Below, in pieces: positions 38,022 to 47,013 of a stretch of 64,000 nt of DNA; within the stretch, counting starts at the first letter, position 1; every line of letters begins with the position of its first letter. Source of the stretch: Clostridia bacterium (lineage in GTDB: Bacteria > Bacillota > Clostridia > Oscillospirales > CAG-272); assembly GCA_017621755.1 (NCBI GenBank), contig JAGASL010000011.1:15550-79549 (forward strand), read 5' to 3'. The notes under the pieces are model-generated. The model did no database searches and was not told where the DNA came from. It worked only from the letters and a program-made list of their open reading frames with translations. The position numbers and the translations under genes are program-made.

Positions 38022-39746
38022 TCAATCGGCAAAGGCGCTGCCGTCAGCCAGGTAGGCGGCCATCTTGGGGGCCAGCTCTGCCTCCTGCTCGGCATGGGTC
38101 AGGAAGTAGATCTTGATCTTCGGCTCGGTGCCCGAGGGGCGAATAATGATCTTATCGCCGCAATCGGTCTCGTAAGAAAGCACGTCGCTCTTGGGCAGGC
38201 CTGTCGGCTCGGTGGTGCCTTTATCCAGGTCGGTGATCACGCCGGCAAGATAGTCGCCCACGCGCACCACGCGGTGGCCACCCAGGGTGGTGGGCGGTGT
38301 GCGGTGCAGCTTTTCCATCGTTCTTCTGCGGCGCTCAATACCGTCAAGCCCCTCCATGTAAATATCGTGGGTCTTGTCCAGGTAGTAGCCGTAGCGCACG
38401 AACAGCCCGTCAAGCGCCTCAGAAAGGGTCAGGCCCTTCTTGCGGTAGTAGGCCGTCATTTCCGCGATCAGCATGGTGGCGGAAACGGCATCCTTATCGC
38501 GCGCATAGCCGCCAAACAGGTAGCCGTAGCTTTCCTCAAAGCCCATGATAAACTCACCGGGCTCGCCGCCCTCCTCGTGGTTCTTGATAACCTCGCCAAT
38601 GAACTTAAAGCCGGTCAGCACGTTATATAGCTTTACGCCCTGCACGTCGCAGATGCGCTGGGTCATCTCGGTAGAAACAATGGATTTCACGGCATAGGGC
38701 AGCGCGGGCATCTTGCCGCTTTCGCGCCGTGCGGCGATTACGTAATCCAGCAGCAGGGCACCCATCTGGTTGCCGGTAATGCAGGCAAAACTGCCGTCTG
38801 CCTTGCGGCTCATCACGCCTACGCGGTCAGCATCCGGGTCGGTGGCGATCACCAGGTCAGAGCCAACCTGCTCGGCCAGCGCAATGCCCAGGGCAAACGC
38901 ATCGGGAATTTCGGGATTCGGCTTCTTCACAGTGGGAAAGTTGCCGTCCGGCACCATCTGCTCCTCTACCGTGTAAAGCTGGGTAAGCCCCATTTCGCGC
39001 AGGGCGCGGGGCACTAATATACGGCCGGTGCCGTGCAGGGGGGTGTATACGATGCGCAGCTCGTCTGCTACCTCGCGAATGCTTTCGGGGCGAATGGTGG
39101 TAGCATGCACCGCTGCCATGTAGCGGTTATCCATCTCCTCACCCAGCAGGGTGATCTTGCCGGCCGCCAGCGCAGCCTGGTAATCCATGGTGGTAACGCC
39201 GGTGAAGATATCGATCTTGTCGATCTCCGCGCTTACGGTGTCGGCGTGGTCGGGCGGCAGCTGGGCACCATCCTCCCAGTAGGCCTTGTAGCCGTTATAT
39301 TCCTTCGGGTTGTGCGAGGCGGTGATGTTGATGCCCGCAATGCAGGAAAGCGCGCGAATAGAGAAGGAAAGCTCAGGCGTGGGGCGGGGTGCGTCAAACA
39401 GATAGACCTTGATATCGTTGGCCGCCAGCACGCAGGCTGCCACCTCGGCAAACAGGGCCGAATTGTTGCGCGTATCGTAGGCGATCGAAACGCCACGGCT
39501 GCCATCGCCAGTCTTTTTGATCAGGTTGGCCATGCCCTGGGTCGCCTGGGCAACGGTAAATACGTTCATGCAGCCGGGGCCCAGCGCCATAATGCCGCGC
39601 AGGCCAGCCGTGCCAAAGCCCAGCTTGCTGCCAAAATGCAGCGCAAGTGCCTCGCTGTCTGCCTCTACGGCAGCAAGCTCCGCCTCCATAGCCGCATCCA
39701 TACGGCCGCTGTTTTTCCAACGAAGAAATTCCTCTTTGCAGTTCAT
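38022..39746 (-). CDS. phospho-sugar mutase (phosphoglucomutase/phosphomannomutase family)
   Basis: The active-site loop is [19 protein letters not shown] (metal loop) and GFEESYGY are also present. Confidence 0.9.
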   Translation of the reverse strand: MNCKEEFLRWKNSGRMDAAMEAELAAVEADSEALALHFGSKLGFGTAGLRGIMALGPGCMNVFTVAQATQGMANLIKKTGDGSRGVSIAYDTRNNSALFAEVAACVLAANDIKVYLFDAPRPTPELSFSIRALSCIAGINITASHNPKEYNGYKAYWEDGAQLPPDHADTVSAEIDKIDIFTGVTTMDYQAALAAGKITLLGEEMDNRYMAAVHATTIRPESIREVADELRIVYTPLHGTGRILVPRALREMGLTQLYTVEEQMVPDGNFPTVKKPNPEIPDAFALGIALAEQVGSDLVIATDPDADRVGVMSRKADGSFACITGNQMGALLLDYVIAARRESGKMPALPYAVKSIVSTEMTQRICDVQGVKLYNVLTGFKFIGEVIKNHEEGGEPGEFIMGFEESYGYLFGGYARDKDAVSATMLIAEMTAYYRKKGLTLSEALDGLFVRYGYYLDKTHDIYMEGLDGIERRRRTMEKLHRTPPTTLGGHRVVRVGDYLAGVITDLDKGTTEPTGLPKSDVLSYETDCGDKIIIRPSGTEPKIKIYFLTHAEQEAELAPKMAAYLADGSAFAD

Positions 39747-39775
39747 TTTTTAAGCCTTTCTATAGTAGGTATCGA

Positions 39776-40036
39776 TTAGTTCTCGGCCAGACAAGCCTCT
39801 AAGGCCAGGGCAAGCTGGTCAGGGCAGGAGGTAGTCTTAAAGCCGCAGCGAACGCCCTTTAGCCGTTCAATGGCCTCTTTTGCATCCATGCCGGCCACTA
39901 GTCGGCTAATGCCTGCCGTGTTGCCGGCACAGCCACCGTGAAAAATGGCAGAAAGGATCTTGCCGTTTTCATCCAGCTCTACGGTGATTTCACGAGAGCA
40001 GGTACCCTTGGTGCGATAATTGATCGTTTTTGTCAT
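39776..40036 (-). CDS. TSCPD domain-containing small protein (TIGR03905-like)
   Basis: The 86-aa protein reads MTKTINYRTKGTCSREITVELDENGKILSAIFHGGCAGNTAG...TSCPDQLA. The RBS TAAGGAG lies inside the 3' end of the upstream gene. Confidence 0.8.
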   Translation of the reverse strand: MTKTINYRTKGTCSREITVELDENGKILSAIFHGGCAGNTAGISRLVAGMDAKEAIERLKGVRCGFKTTSCPDQLALALEACLAEN

Positions 40037-40037
40037 A

Positions 40038-40967
40038 TCAAATCTCCTTATATAATCCGTGGCAGGCACCACCGTCTGCGAATACAAGCAGGTAGGCAAG
40101 CCAGGGAAGCAATCGTTCTTTTTGGGGAAAGGCCGTGACCTTACAGAGTAGAGAGCCTTCGCTTGCCGCATACGGCTCGGCAGAAAGCTCCTGCAGCTCT
40201 ACGCCCAGCATGGCTGCAGCGCAGATGTGCTTAGATAGGGCTTCTGTATCCGGGCAGAGAAAGGAGCAGCGCAGCAGCATGCCATCCCCCTCCGGTGGCA
40301 GCAGGGCGCGGCCGTAAAGGGCAAAATGCGTGGCATCGGTTCCGTCTGCGTGAAACACGCGGCAAAGCGCGCAAATGTATAGCGAATGGTGCGCCGCCAT
40401 TTCGGCAAATGAGGCAAGCAGCCCTGCCGAGCTGCGGTAGGGAAGAATGCAAAAATCAGCCTCGCCTGCGGCTACAGTGCTGCACGCCTCGCGAAAGGAA
40501 TCGGCATATTGTACCGTTGGCTCCGGCAGTAGCGCTGTAAAATCCTCATAGGCCTCGTCGGCATAGGCATTGCGCACATAGGTGATACGCGCTGCGCTTG
40601 GCATAGCAACGGGTAGAAGATCGGCAACCGCCAGCCCCTCGCCTTGCATCTCGCAAAGCGAAAGATAGGCCTCGATATAAGCAGCGCAATCGGCCGCACG
40701 GTATGCCTCTGCCAGCGTATGCGTGATGGCGCTGCCATCCGTGCGCAGGTTGTCCGTGGCCAGCATGGCATGGGCGGCGCGGCGCATCCGCGCCAGCGGA
40801 GAGAGATCCTCCTCCATCCGGCTTTCCTGCCGTGCCAGATTGGCAAGCTCTTCTAATAGCGGAAGGCGCTTTTCGGTTTCGCGCAGCAGGCGGCGGCTGA
40901 GCAGCGACGTGTTTTCACGCAGAACTGCCAGGTCCCTTTCCATCTGTGTCACAAAAGCACCACCCAT
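40038..40967 (-). CDS. divergent chorismate-mutase/prephenate-dehydratase-like protein (assignment tentative)
   Basis: The N-terminus is helical (ERDLAVLRENTSLLSRRLLRETEKRLPLLEEL). The central part is ITYVRNAYADEAY...ADFCILPYRSSAG, and the tail is ACT-like. Canonical TRF/ESRP motifs were not seen. The start codon is uncertain. Confidence 0.4.
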   Translation of the reverse strand: MGGAFVTQMERDLAVLRENTSLLSRRLLRETEKRLPLLEELANLARQESRMEEDLSPLARMRRAAHAMLATDNLRTDGSAITHTLAEAYRAADCAAYIEAYLSLCEMQGEGLAVADLLPVAMPSAARITYVRNAYADEAYEDFTALLPEPTVQYADSFREACSTVAAGEADFCILPYRSSAGLLASFAEMAAHHSLYICALCRVFHADGTDATHFALYGRALLPPEGDGMLLRCSFLCPDTEALSKHICAAAMLGVELQELSAEPYAASEGSLLCKVTAFPQKERLLPWLAYLLVFADGGACHGLYKEI

Positions 40968-41145
40968 CTTTTATGTAGTAAATCAGCATGCCCCTCGGCT
41001 ATGAAAAAAGTCTACCAACATATATTATATACGATTTTTCGCCTTCTTGCAATGGCTTTTTTATATTTTTAACAATTTTCCGACAAAGGAAATTGCCATC
41101 CCGCAGCGCAAAGTGGATAAAACGAAAAAAATATGGCTCCGCCCC

Positions 41146-41174
41146 TTGATTTTTGGAAAAAATCATGGTATAAT
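41146..41174 (+). promoter_or_regulatory. sigma-70-type promoter of tRNA-Leu
   Basis: TTGATT (41146-41151), a 17-nt spacer, then TG-n-TATAAT (41169-41174). Confidence 0.65.
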
Positions 41175-41188
41175 ACTTACCGTTCCAT

Positions 41189-41274
41189 GCCGGTATGTTG
41201 GAATGGCAGACGAGGCGGACTCAAAATCCGTTGCTGGCGACAGCGTGTGGGTTCAAGTCCCACTACCGGCACCA
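41189..41274 (+). tRNA. tRNA-Leu (anticodon CAA), CCA encoded
   Basis: Folded by hand. The acceptor stem is GCCGGTA/TACCGGC. The anticodon arm is GCGGA-CTCAAAA-TCCGT. A long variable arm is present, and the T-arm is GTGGG-TTCAAGT-CCCAC. Confidence 0.93.
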
Positions 41275-41308
41275 GAAAAAAGCACTTGCGAGAGCAAGTG
41301 CTTTTTTC
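41275..41308 (+). terminator. rho-independent terminator
   Basis: AAAAAA-AGCACTTGC-GAGA-GCAAGTGCT-TTTTTT. Confidence 0.8.
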
Positions 41309-41312
41309 AACT

Positions 41313-41482
41313 AAATCCACCCTTGCGGGTGGATAAAATCTGCTGACGCAGATGAAATCCCCTGCGGGGATGAAATCCGCCTCGATGGCGGACGGGTGGA
41401 TTTAATTTCATCTGAGGCGAAGCCGAAGATTTCATCCGAGCAACGCGAGGATTTCACCGTGCTTCGCACGATTTCATGAAAG
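41313..41482. repeat. array of 7-8 short GC-rich hairpin units bracketed by ATC...GAT, with GAT-GAA-ATC junctions on the left and GAT-TTC-ATC junctions on the right
   Basis: The hairpins lie at 41315-41334, 41338-41353, 41357-41371 and 41376-41392. The junction 9-mers lie at 41332, 41351 and 41369 (forward) and 41404, 41428, 41450 and 41470 (reverse). Confidence 0.6.
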
Positions 41483-41569
41483 TATACGAGCTGCTTTTTA
41501 TCCTATGACCGTCTTTCTTCCGTATGGTGAATCCTTCCCACCATTACCATACGGCATCCTAACGGACAC

Positions 41570-41603
41570 AAAAAAGCCTAACGCTGCTGCGTTAGGCTTT
41601 TTT
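41570..41603. terminator. bidirectional rho-independent terminator (serves the minus-strand UROD-family gene)
   Basis: AAAAAA-GCCTAACGC-TGCT-GCGTTAGGC-TTTTTT. Confidence 0.75.
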
Positions 41604-41628
41604 GATATCGCTTTGTAAGCGGTTATGC

Positions 41629-42663
41629 TTAGTAAGCACGCATGCGGCGCCAGATCTCGAGCACCATTTCATAGCGATGGGGCGGCATGCCCTTAAAGGG
41701 CACGTTGCTGGTGGCAAAGATGTAGCCGCCGCCGGCCTTGCCATAGGTCAGGCAATATTCGGCGCTGGCGATCACCTCTTCATCGGTGCCGGTCTGCATG
41801 GCCGCGCAATGCACGTTGCCGCACAGGGCAACCTTGTTGCCGTATAGCCGCTTTACCTCGCGAATGTCTACGCCGGCCATCGGGTCGATCGAGTGTAGGG
41901 CGTGCGGTCCGGCCTGTACCAGAGATGAGAGAATGGGCATAATATTGCCATCGGTATGCTTGATCATATACATACCGTCCTCGCGGCCGGCACGGCAGAT
42001 CTTGGCCAGGTATGGCGTAATAAATTCATCAAACATCGCCGGGGAAAGGAAAGGGCCGGAATTGTAGCAATAATCCGAGCACATCAGCGCCACGTCTACG
42101 CCGCCCTCGTGTTGCCGCTTGTTTGCTTCAATGGCGGTGTTGGCCATGCGCAGCGCATCGGCCATTACCTCCTCGGGCTCGTCAGCCAGGCGGTAGGAGA
42201 ATTCATACATATCCGAGCCGGAGGGGATGGAAAAGGTGCCGTCACCATGGCAGCCAAACAGGCGCGTATGGCCAAAATGCTCGCGCAGCCGCCGGCGGAA
42301 TGCAATCGTATAGGGATGGGTAGGGTTACGCCACTCTGGTGCGTAGATGGGAATGATGCTGTAATCAAGCCCCGGCTTTTTATCCTTTTCCGGGTCGCCG
42401 GATAGGGCAGCACCGCCAATATCGTAGGCGTTGCCGGCACCGTATACGCGGGCGAAGCGATCTGCCAGATCGTAGGCTGCCTGCTCTAATTCGCATGGGG
42501 AGCTTACGCTTGGCAGGCCGGGGTCCAGCGCCGCATCATAGAGCGGATAGCCAAATAGCTCCTCAGAAAGCTGAAACTCTAATTCAAAGGTCGGCACCTC
42601 GTCCGGCGTGCCAAGGTTGAGGGCGCAGATTGCGCGTGAGGCGGGTGTCCAATTTGTAGGCAT
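41629..42663 (-). CDS. uroporphyrinogen decarboxylase (URO-D) family protein, MtaA/CmuA-like
   Basis: The ~344-aa protein has URO-D-fold features (IKHTDGNI...HSIDP..GVD). A GAGGT RBS precedes ATG 42663, and a promoter lies inside the longer ORF. Confidence 0.7.
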   Translation of the reverse strand: MPTNWTPASRAICALNLGTPDEVPTFELEFQLSEELFGYPLYDAALDPGLPSVSSPCELEQAAYDLADRFARVYGAGNAYDIGGAALSGDPEKDKKPGLDYSIIPIYAPEWRNPTHPYTIAFRRRLREHFGHTRLFGCHGDGTFSIPSGSDMYEFSYRLADEPEEVMADALRMANTAIEANKRQHEGGVDVALMCSDYCYNSGPFLSPAMFDEFITPYLAKICRAGREDGMYMIKHTDGNIMPILSSLVQAGPHALHSIDPMAGVDIREVKRLYGNKVALCGNVHCAAMQTGTDEEVIASAEYCLTYGKAGGGYIFATSNVPFKGMPPHRYEMVLEIWRRMRAY

Positions 42664-42806
42664 AGTGCTACCTCGTGTTTGTTTTTTTATAGTATAGCAC
42701 ACGTTGGGGCTTGAGGCAATATGGTTTTTTCCCGTTTTTGTGAATCGGGGAAAAACAAACCATATAATTCTTAATAGAAAGCTTACGTAAATCCGGCCAA
42801 AAGCTA

Positions 42807-42835
42807 TTGACAAATCGGCATGCGTGTGTTATCAT
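42807..42835 (+). promoter_or_regulatory. sigma-70-type promoter of the arsR-HMA-ATPase operon
   Basis: TTGACA (42807-42812), a 17-nt spacer, then TATCAT (42830-42835). Confidence 0.55.
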
Positions 42836-42871
42836 ATGATTGAACATTCAAATGAATGATTGCTCATATGA
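42832..42871. promoter_or_regulatory. 40-bp imperfect palindrome, probable ArsR/SmtB-family operator
   Basis: TCATATGA-TTGAAC-ATTCA-AA-TGAAT-GATTGC-TCATATGA. It overlaps the -10 element and the transcript start. Confidence 0.5.
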
Positions 42872-42882
42872 AAGGAGCGACC

Positions 42883-43224
42883 ATGAAACAACACGATCAC
42901 GCCGCTCTTTTAGGGCGGGTAAGGCAGGATCTGCCGACCGATGACAGGCTTTGTGACCTGGCAGACCTGTTTCGCCTGTTTGGCGACACCACGCGTATGC
43001 GCATTCTTTACGCCTTAAGCGAGGCTGAGCTGTGCGTTTGCGCGATCTCTGAGCTGCTGGGCATGACGCAATCGGCCATTTCGCACCAACTGAAGGTGCT
43101 GAAGGATGGCGACCTGGTTGCCTGCCGCAGAGAGGGGAAGACCGTTTATTATTTTTTGGCGGACGATCACGTTCGCCGCATCATTGACCAAGGCTACGAG
43201 CATTTAACAGAGGAAAAGGAGTAA
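42883..43224 (+). CDS. ArsR/SmtB family metalloregulatory repressor
   Basis: LFGDTTRMRILYALSEAELCVCAISELLGMTQSAISHQLKVLKDGDLV is the winged HTH with a CVC metal site. AAAGGAG precedes ATG 42883. Confidence 0.9.
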   Translation: MKQHDHAALLGRVRQDLPTDDRLCDLADLFRLFGDTTRMRILYALSEAELCVCAISELLGMTQSAISHQLKVLKDGDLVACRREGKTVYYFLADDHVRRIIDQGYEHLTEEKE

Positions 43225-43228
43225 GGCT

Positions 43229-43447
43229 ATGAAAAAGACCTGGCAGCTTGAGGATCTGGATTGCGCGCATTGCGCCATGAAGATGCAGGAGGGGATCGCT
43301 AAGGTAGACGGCGTGATTTCCGTCTCTGTCAATTATCTTTCTGCCCGCCTGACGATCGAGGCGGAGGAAAAGGATATGAATCGCATCATCCAGGAGGCAG
43401 TAAAGATCTGCCGCCGGATAGAGCCGGATTGCCGGATCCTTTTGTAA
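43229..43447 (+). CDS. heavy-metal-associated (HMA) domain protein / metallochaperone
   Basis: The CAHC (CxxC) motif sits in LEDLDCAHCAMKMQEGIAKVDGV, in a ferredoxin-like protein of 72 aa. Confidence 0.85.
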   Translation: MKKTWQLEDLDCAHCAMKMQEGIAKVDGVISVSVNYLSARLTIEAEEKDMNRIIQEAVKICRRIEPDCRILL

Positions 43448-43448
43448 G

Positions 43449-45326
43449 ATGACGCGCAGACAAAAAAAGAATCTAAGGCGTATTCTGCTTGCCGCAGTGC
43501 TAACGTTGGCTGTGGCGCTGATCCCGGCCGGGCTGCTGCCCACCGTGTGGGGTGGCGAAGAGGAGCGCACCTTGCTGCGCCTGCTGCTGTTTTTGTGCCC
43601 GTATCTGGTGGTGGGTGGGGACGTACTGCTTTCGGCCGGGCGTAACCTGCTGCGCGGTCAGCTGCTGGATGAAAAATTCCTGATGGCCATTTCCACCGTT
43701 GGCGCCTTTGCGCTTGGTGAATATACCGAGGGCGTGGCGGTGATGCTGCTATACCAGGTGGGCGAGCTGTTTCAGGGGATTGCCGTGGGCAAAAGCCGCC
43801 GGCATATCGCCTCGCTGATGGATATCCGGCCGGATACCGCCTGTGTGCTGCGCCAAGGCGAATACCTGACCGTCTCACCCGATGAGGTTGCCGCCGGTGA
43901 AACGATCCGCCTGCTGCCGGGTGAGAGGATCCCGCTTGACGGGCGTGTGATCACGGGTGAGAGCAGCCTGAATACCGCCGCCCTGACGGGGGAAAGCCTG
44001 CCGCGCAGCGTATCACCCGGCGACCGCGTGATCAGCGGTGTCGTGAATATGAGCGGCGAGCTGCTTGTGTGCGTAGAGAGCGTATATGCCGAAAGCACCG
44101 TTTCGCGCATTTTAGAGCTGGTAGAGAACGCTGCCGAGAAAAAGGCGCGGGTGGAGAGCTTTATTACCCGCTTTGCGCATTGGTACACCCCTTGCGTGGT
44201 AGCGGTAGCGCTGCTGCTTGGCATTATTCCGCCCCTTTTCGTGGGCAACCCGGCAGAATGGATCAGCCGCGCCTTGATCTTTTTGGTGGTCTCTTGCCCC
44301 TGTGCGTTGGTGATCTCGGTACCGCTTTCCTTTTTTGGCGGCATTGGCGGCGCCTCGCGCCACGGTATTTTGATCAAGGGCGCCTCGTATATGGAGGTGC
44401 TGGCAGGTGCGCACACCGTTGTCTTTGATAAAACCGGCACGCTGACGCGTGGCGCGTTCCGCGTAGCCGAGGTTCACGCCGTAGATGGGCAAGAGCAAGC
44501 GCTGCTGGCCCTTGCCGCAGCCGTTGAGGCACATTCTAACCACCCCATTGCCCGCTCGGTATGCGAGGCCTGCCGTGAGGAAGCGCTTCCGGCTGTAACG
44601 GCGATCTGTGAGGTCGCCGGGCAGGGTATGACCGCTATGCTGAACGGCCTTCCCGTTTTAGTCGGCAACGGCCGTTTGATGGCTGAAAACAGTATTTCCT
44701 ACACGCCCTTTGCCGGCATTGGCACGGTGCTGTATGTGGCGGTGGGCGGCGTGTATCGCGGCTGCCTGCTGCTGGCCGATGAGATCAAGCCAGAGACAAA
44801 GGCGTCTCTTGCCGCCTTAAAGGCCTGCGGTGTTCGCCGCACTGTGATGCTAACGGGCGACCGCGCCGAGATCGGCGAGGCCGTGGCACGAGAGATAGGG
44901 CTGGATGAAGCGTATTGCGAGCTGCTGCCTGGGGATAAGGTGGCAAGGGTGGACGCGATGCGCACGGCAAGACCGGGGCTCATCTACGTGGGCGACGGCA
45001 TTAACGATGCGCCTGTGCTGTCACTTGCCGACGTGGGCGTAGCGATGGGGGCGCTGGGTAGTGATGCCGCCATTGAGGCAGCCGACGTTGTCTTGATGGA
45101 GGATCGGCTCAGCAAGCTGCCGCAGGCGATTCAAATTTCCCGCCGTACCATGCGTATCGTGCGGCAGAATATTATTTTTGCCCTTGGCGTAAAGGGTCTG
45201 GCGCTTCTTTTAGGCGCCTTTGGCTATGCCAATATGTGGGGCGCTATTTTTGCCGACGTAGGCGTGATGGTGCTGGCTATTCTCAATGCCATGCGCACCA
45301 TGTACGTTAAAAAAAGAAAGGAATAA
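43449..45326 (+). CDS. heavy-metal-translocating P1B-type ATPase (Cd/Zn/Co-type CPC pump)
   Basis: SCPCALVISVPL (CPC), DKTGTLT, TGD and VGDGINDAP are present. Metal specificity was not determined. Confidence 0.92.
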   Translation: MTRRQKKNLRRILLAAVLTLAVALIPAGLLPTVWGGEEERTLLRLLLFLCPYLVVGGDVLLSAGRNLLRGQLLDEKFLMAISTVGAFALGEYTEGVAVMLLYQVGELFQGIAVGKSRRHIASLMDIRPDTACVLRQGEYLTVSPDEVAAGETIRLLPGERIPLDGRVITGESSLNTAALTGESLPRSVSPGDRVISGVVNMSGELLVCVESVYAESTVSRILELVENAAEKKARVESFITRFAHWYTPCVVAVALLLGIIPPLFVGNPAEWISRALIFLVVSCPCALVISVPLSFFGGIGGASRHGILIKGASYMEVLAGAHTVVFDKTGTLTRGAFRVAEVHAVDGQEQALLALAAAVEAHSNHPIARSVCEACREEALPAVTAICEVAGQGMTAMLNGLPVLVGNGRLMAENSISYTPFAGIGTVLYVAVGGVYRGCLLLADEIKPETKASLAALKACGVRRTVMLTGDRAEIGEAVAREIGLDEAYCELLPGDKVARVDAMRTARPGLIYVGDGINDAPVLSLADVGVAMGALGSDAAIEAADVVLMEDRLSKLPQAIQISRRTMRIVRQNIIFALGVKGLALLLGAFGYANMWGAIFADVGVMVLAILNAMRTMYVKKRKE

Positions 45327-45328
45327 TC

Positions 45329-46129
45329 ATGCTTGTATATCTCTTTGCCATTCTTTCCGCCATCTTAACGGCAGGGCTGTATATCGCCTTTTCGGCGCTT
45401 TCGCCGTGGTGGATCCTGCCTATTTTTGTAGGTGGCTTCGCGGCTTTGAACTGTGTTTACATCATCTATTTGTTCATTACGTCCTTTGCTTTCTCTATGA
45501 AAAAGCCGATCAAGCGTGTTGATCCCTATGCCTTTTTCATGACACACCTGACCGTGAATTGGCTGCTGGGTCTGTTTCGTGTTCGCCATCATGCCACGGG
45601 GGTAGAAAAGCTGCCGAAGGAGCCGTTTGTTCTGGTTTCCAATCACCGCTCGGATTTTGACCCGATGGTGGGCTTTGACGCGCTGCGCGGCATCAAGCTG
45701 GGCTATATCTCCAAAGAGGCCAATTTCCGTATTCCGATCGTGGGGCGGCATATCTATCATTGCGGCTTTTTACCGATCGACCGGAAAAATCCGCTCCGCG
45801 CCGCGCGCACGATCAAGGAGGCGGCGCGCCTGGTGCGCGAATGTGGCGTTTCTATGGGCATCTACCCAGAGGGAACGCGCTCTAAGACCGATGAAATGCT
45901 CCCGTTCAAGGACGGTGCCTTTCTGCTTGCTAAAAAGGCGAATGCGCCGCTGGTGATCATGGCAACGCGCGGCACCGAGCAGATCACCAAGAATTTCCCC
46001 TGGCGCAGAACCAAGGTAGAGATGGAGATCCTGCGCGTGATCGACCGCGAGACAGTAGCCTCGCTTGAGGCTAAGGCGCTCTCCGCTCTTGCCCGCGAGG
46101 AGATTGAGGCATATCTTCAAAATGCATAG
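45329..46129 (+). CDS. plsC: 1-acyl-sn-glycerol-3-phosphate acyltransferase (LPLAT family)
   Basis: SNHRSDFDP (HX4D) and IYPEGTRS are present, after an N-terminal TM region. Confidence 0.85.
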   Translation: MLVYLFAILSAILTAGLYIAFSALSPWWILPIFVGGFAALNCVYIIYLFITSFAFSMKKPIKRVDPYAFFMTHLTVNWLLGLFRVRHHATGVEKLPKEPFVLVSNHRSDFDPMVGFDALRGIKLGYISKEANFRIPIVGRHIYHCGFLPIDRKNPLRAARTIKEAARLVRECGVSMGIYPEGTRSKTDEMLPFKDGAFLLAKKANAPLVIMATRGTEQITKNFPWRRTKVEMEILRVIDRETVASLEAKALSALAREEIEAYLQNA

Positions 46130-46161
46130 CATAGTAAAAAGGATGACCGTGGTCATCCTTT

Positions 46162-46881
46162 TTATAGTTGTTGCTTTTTTCTATATTCCAGGGGCGAGAG
46201 GCCGATGCTTCTTTTGAAGCTGCTGCTGAAATAATATACATTTTCAAAGCCGCACGCTGCCGCAATCTCTCCAACGGGTAGATCCGTATCTCGCAAAAGC
46301 TCTTTGCCATACTGTAAGCGTATATCCTGTAAATATTGGATGGGCGTTTTTTTGACGTGCTTTTTGAATTTTGAAATCAGCCATTGTTTGGAAATGTGAA
46401 AGTGATTGGCAAGCTCGTCAAGATGAATTTTTGTGCTGTAATTCTTTTCAAGGAAATCTATACAGCCAGAAACAATATCATCCGTGCAGGTGTAGTGGTT
46501 GCCTTGCTCGTAGGCGTGTATGAGGAAAATATCTTCAACTAAGTGCTTTGTCAGGGCAAGCTGCTGTTCCTTGATGGCCTGCTCGAGATATTGAATCGTA
46601 TTGTTTTTCCGGACTCGATCATGGATCGGCATGATTCCATCAACCGCTGCGAACGGGAGTGCATCAAGCTGTACGTAAATACATGTGATGGGTGAAATCA
46701 CAGCTCTTTCAAAATATGTGCCACCGCGAAAGACACATATATCACGTGGGCTTGCCAGATAGCTTATTCCCGATATCGTGCAACGAAAGCTTCCTTCCAG
46801 TACGATAATAAGGCTATCCCTTGGGTGGGAGCCGCTTTTTACCCAAAACTCTTTTCTATTGATGATCTCTCCAGTCAACAT
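46162..46881 (-). CDS. AraC family transcriptional regulator
   Basis: A cupin-like N-terminus precedes the C-terminal HTH: LDELANHFHISKQWLISKFKKHVKKTPIQYL...FENVYYFSSSFKRSIGLSPLEYR. GC content is lower than in the flanking sequence. Confidence 0.85.
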   Translation of the reverse strand: MLTGEIINRKEFWVKSGSHPRDSLIIVLEGSFRCTISGISYLASPRDICVFRGGTYFERAVISPITCIYVQLDALPFAAVDGIMPIHDRVRKNNTIQYLEQAIKEQQLALTKHLVEDIFLIHAYEQGNHYTCTDDIVSGCIDFLEKNYSTKIHLDELANHFHISKQWLISKFKKHVKKTPIQYLQDIRLQYGKELLRDTDLPVGEIAAACGFENVYYFSSSFKRSIGLSPLEYRKKQQL

Positions 46882-47013
46882 GACACGCCCTTCTGTTTCA
46901 TAATTTATAAAAAGTTGATTAACTATGCGTATTTACAAGCATTCTTTTTTGTTTTACAATATCATATATTATAACATATCGCAGTGAGAAAAACAACTGC
47001 AGAAGGAAGTCAT

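Noticed and set aside
41047-41346. ORFs spanning RNA genes (41047-41346(+) over tRNA-Leu and 63008-63238(-) over tRNA-Val).
   Set aside because: They are fully explained by the tRNA genes, promoters and terminators, and no RBS is present.
41111-41403. DnaA-box-like 9-mers (AGTGGATAA at about 41112, GGTGGATAA at about 41328, GGTGGATTT at about 41395) flanking tRNA-Leu, considered as a replication origin.
   Set aside because: They are 7-8 of 9 matches only. There is no dnaA/dnaN context and no AT-rich unwinding element. The matches are explained by the hairpin-repeat sequence itself.
41313-41482. The hairpin array considered as a CRISPR array.
   Set aside because: The units are only 18-24 nt with 9-nt conserved junctions. 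There are no 25-40-nt repeats alternating with unique spacers, and no cas genes are in the window.
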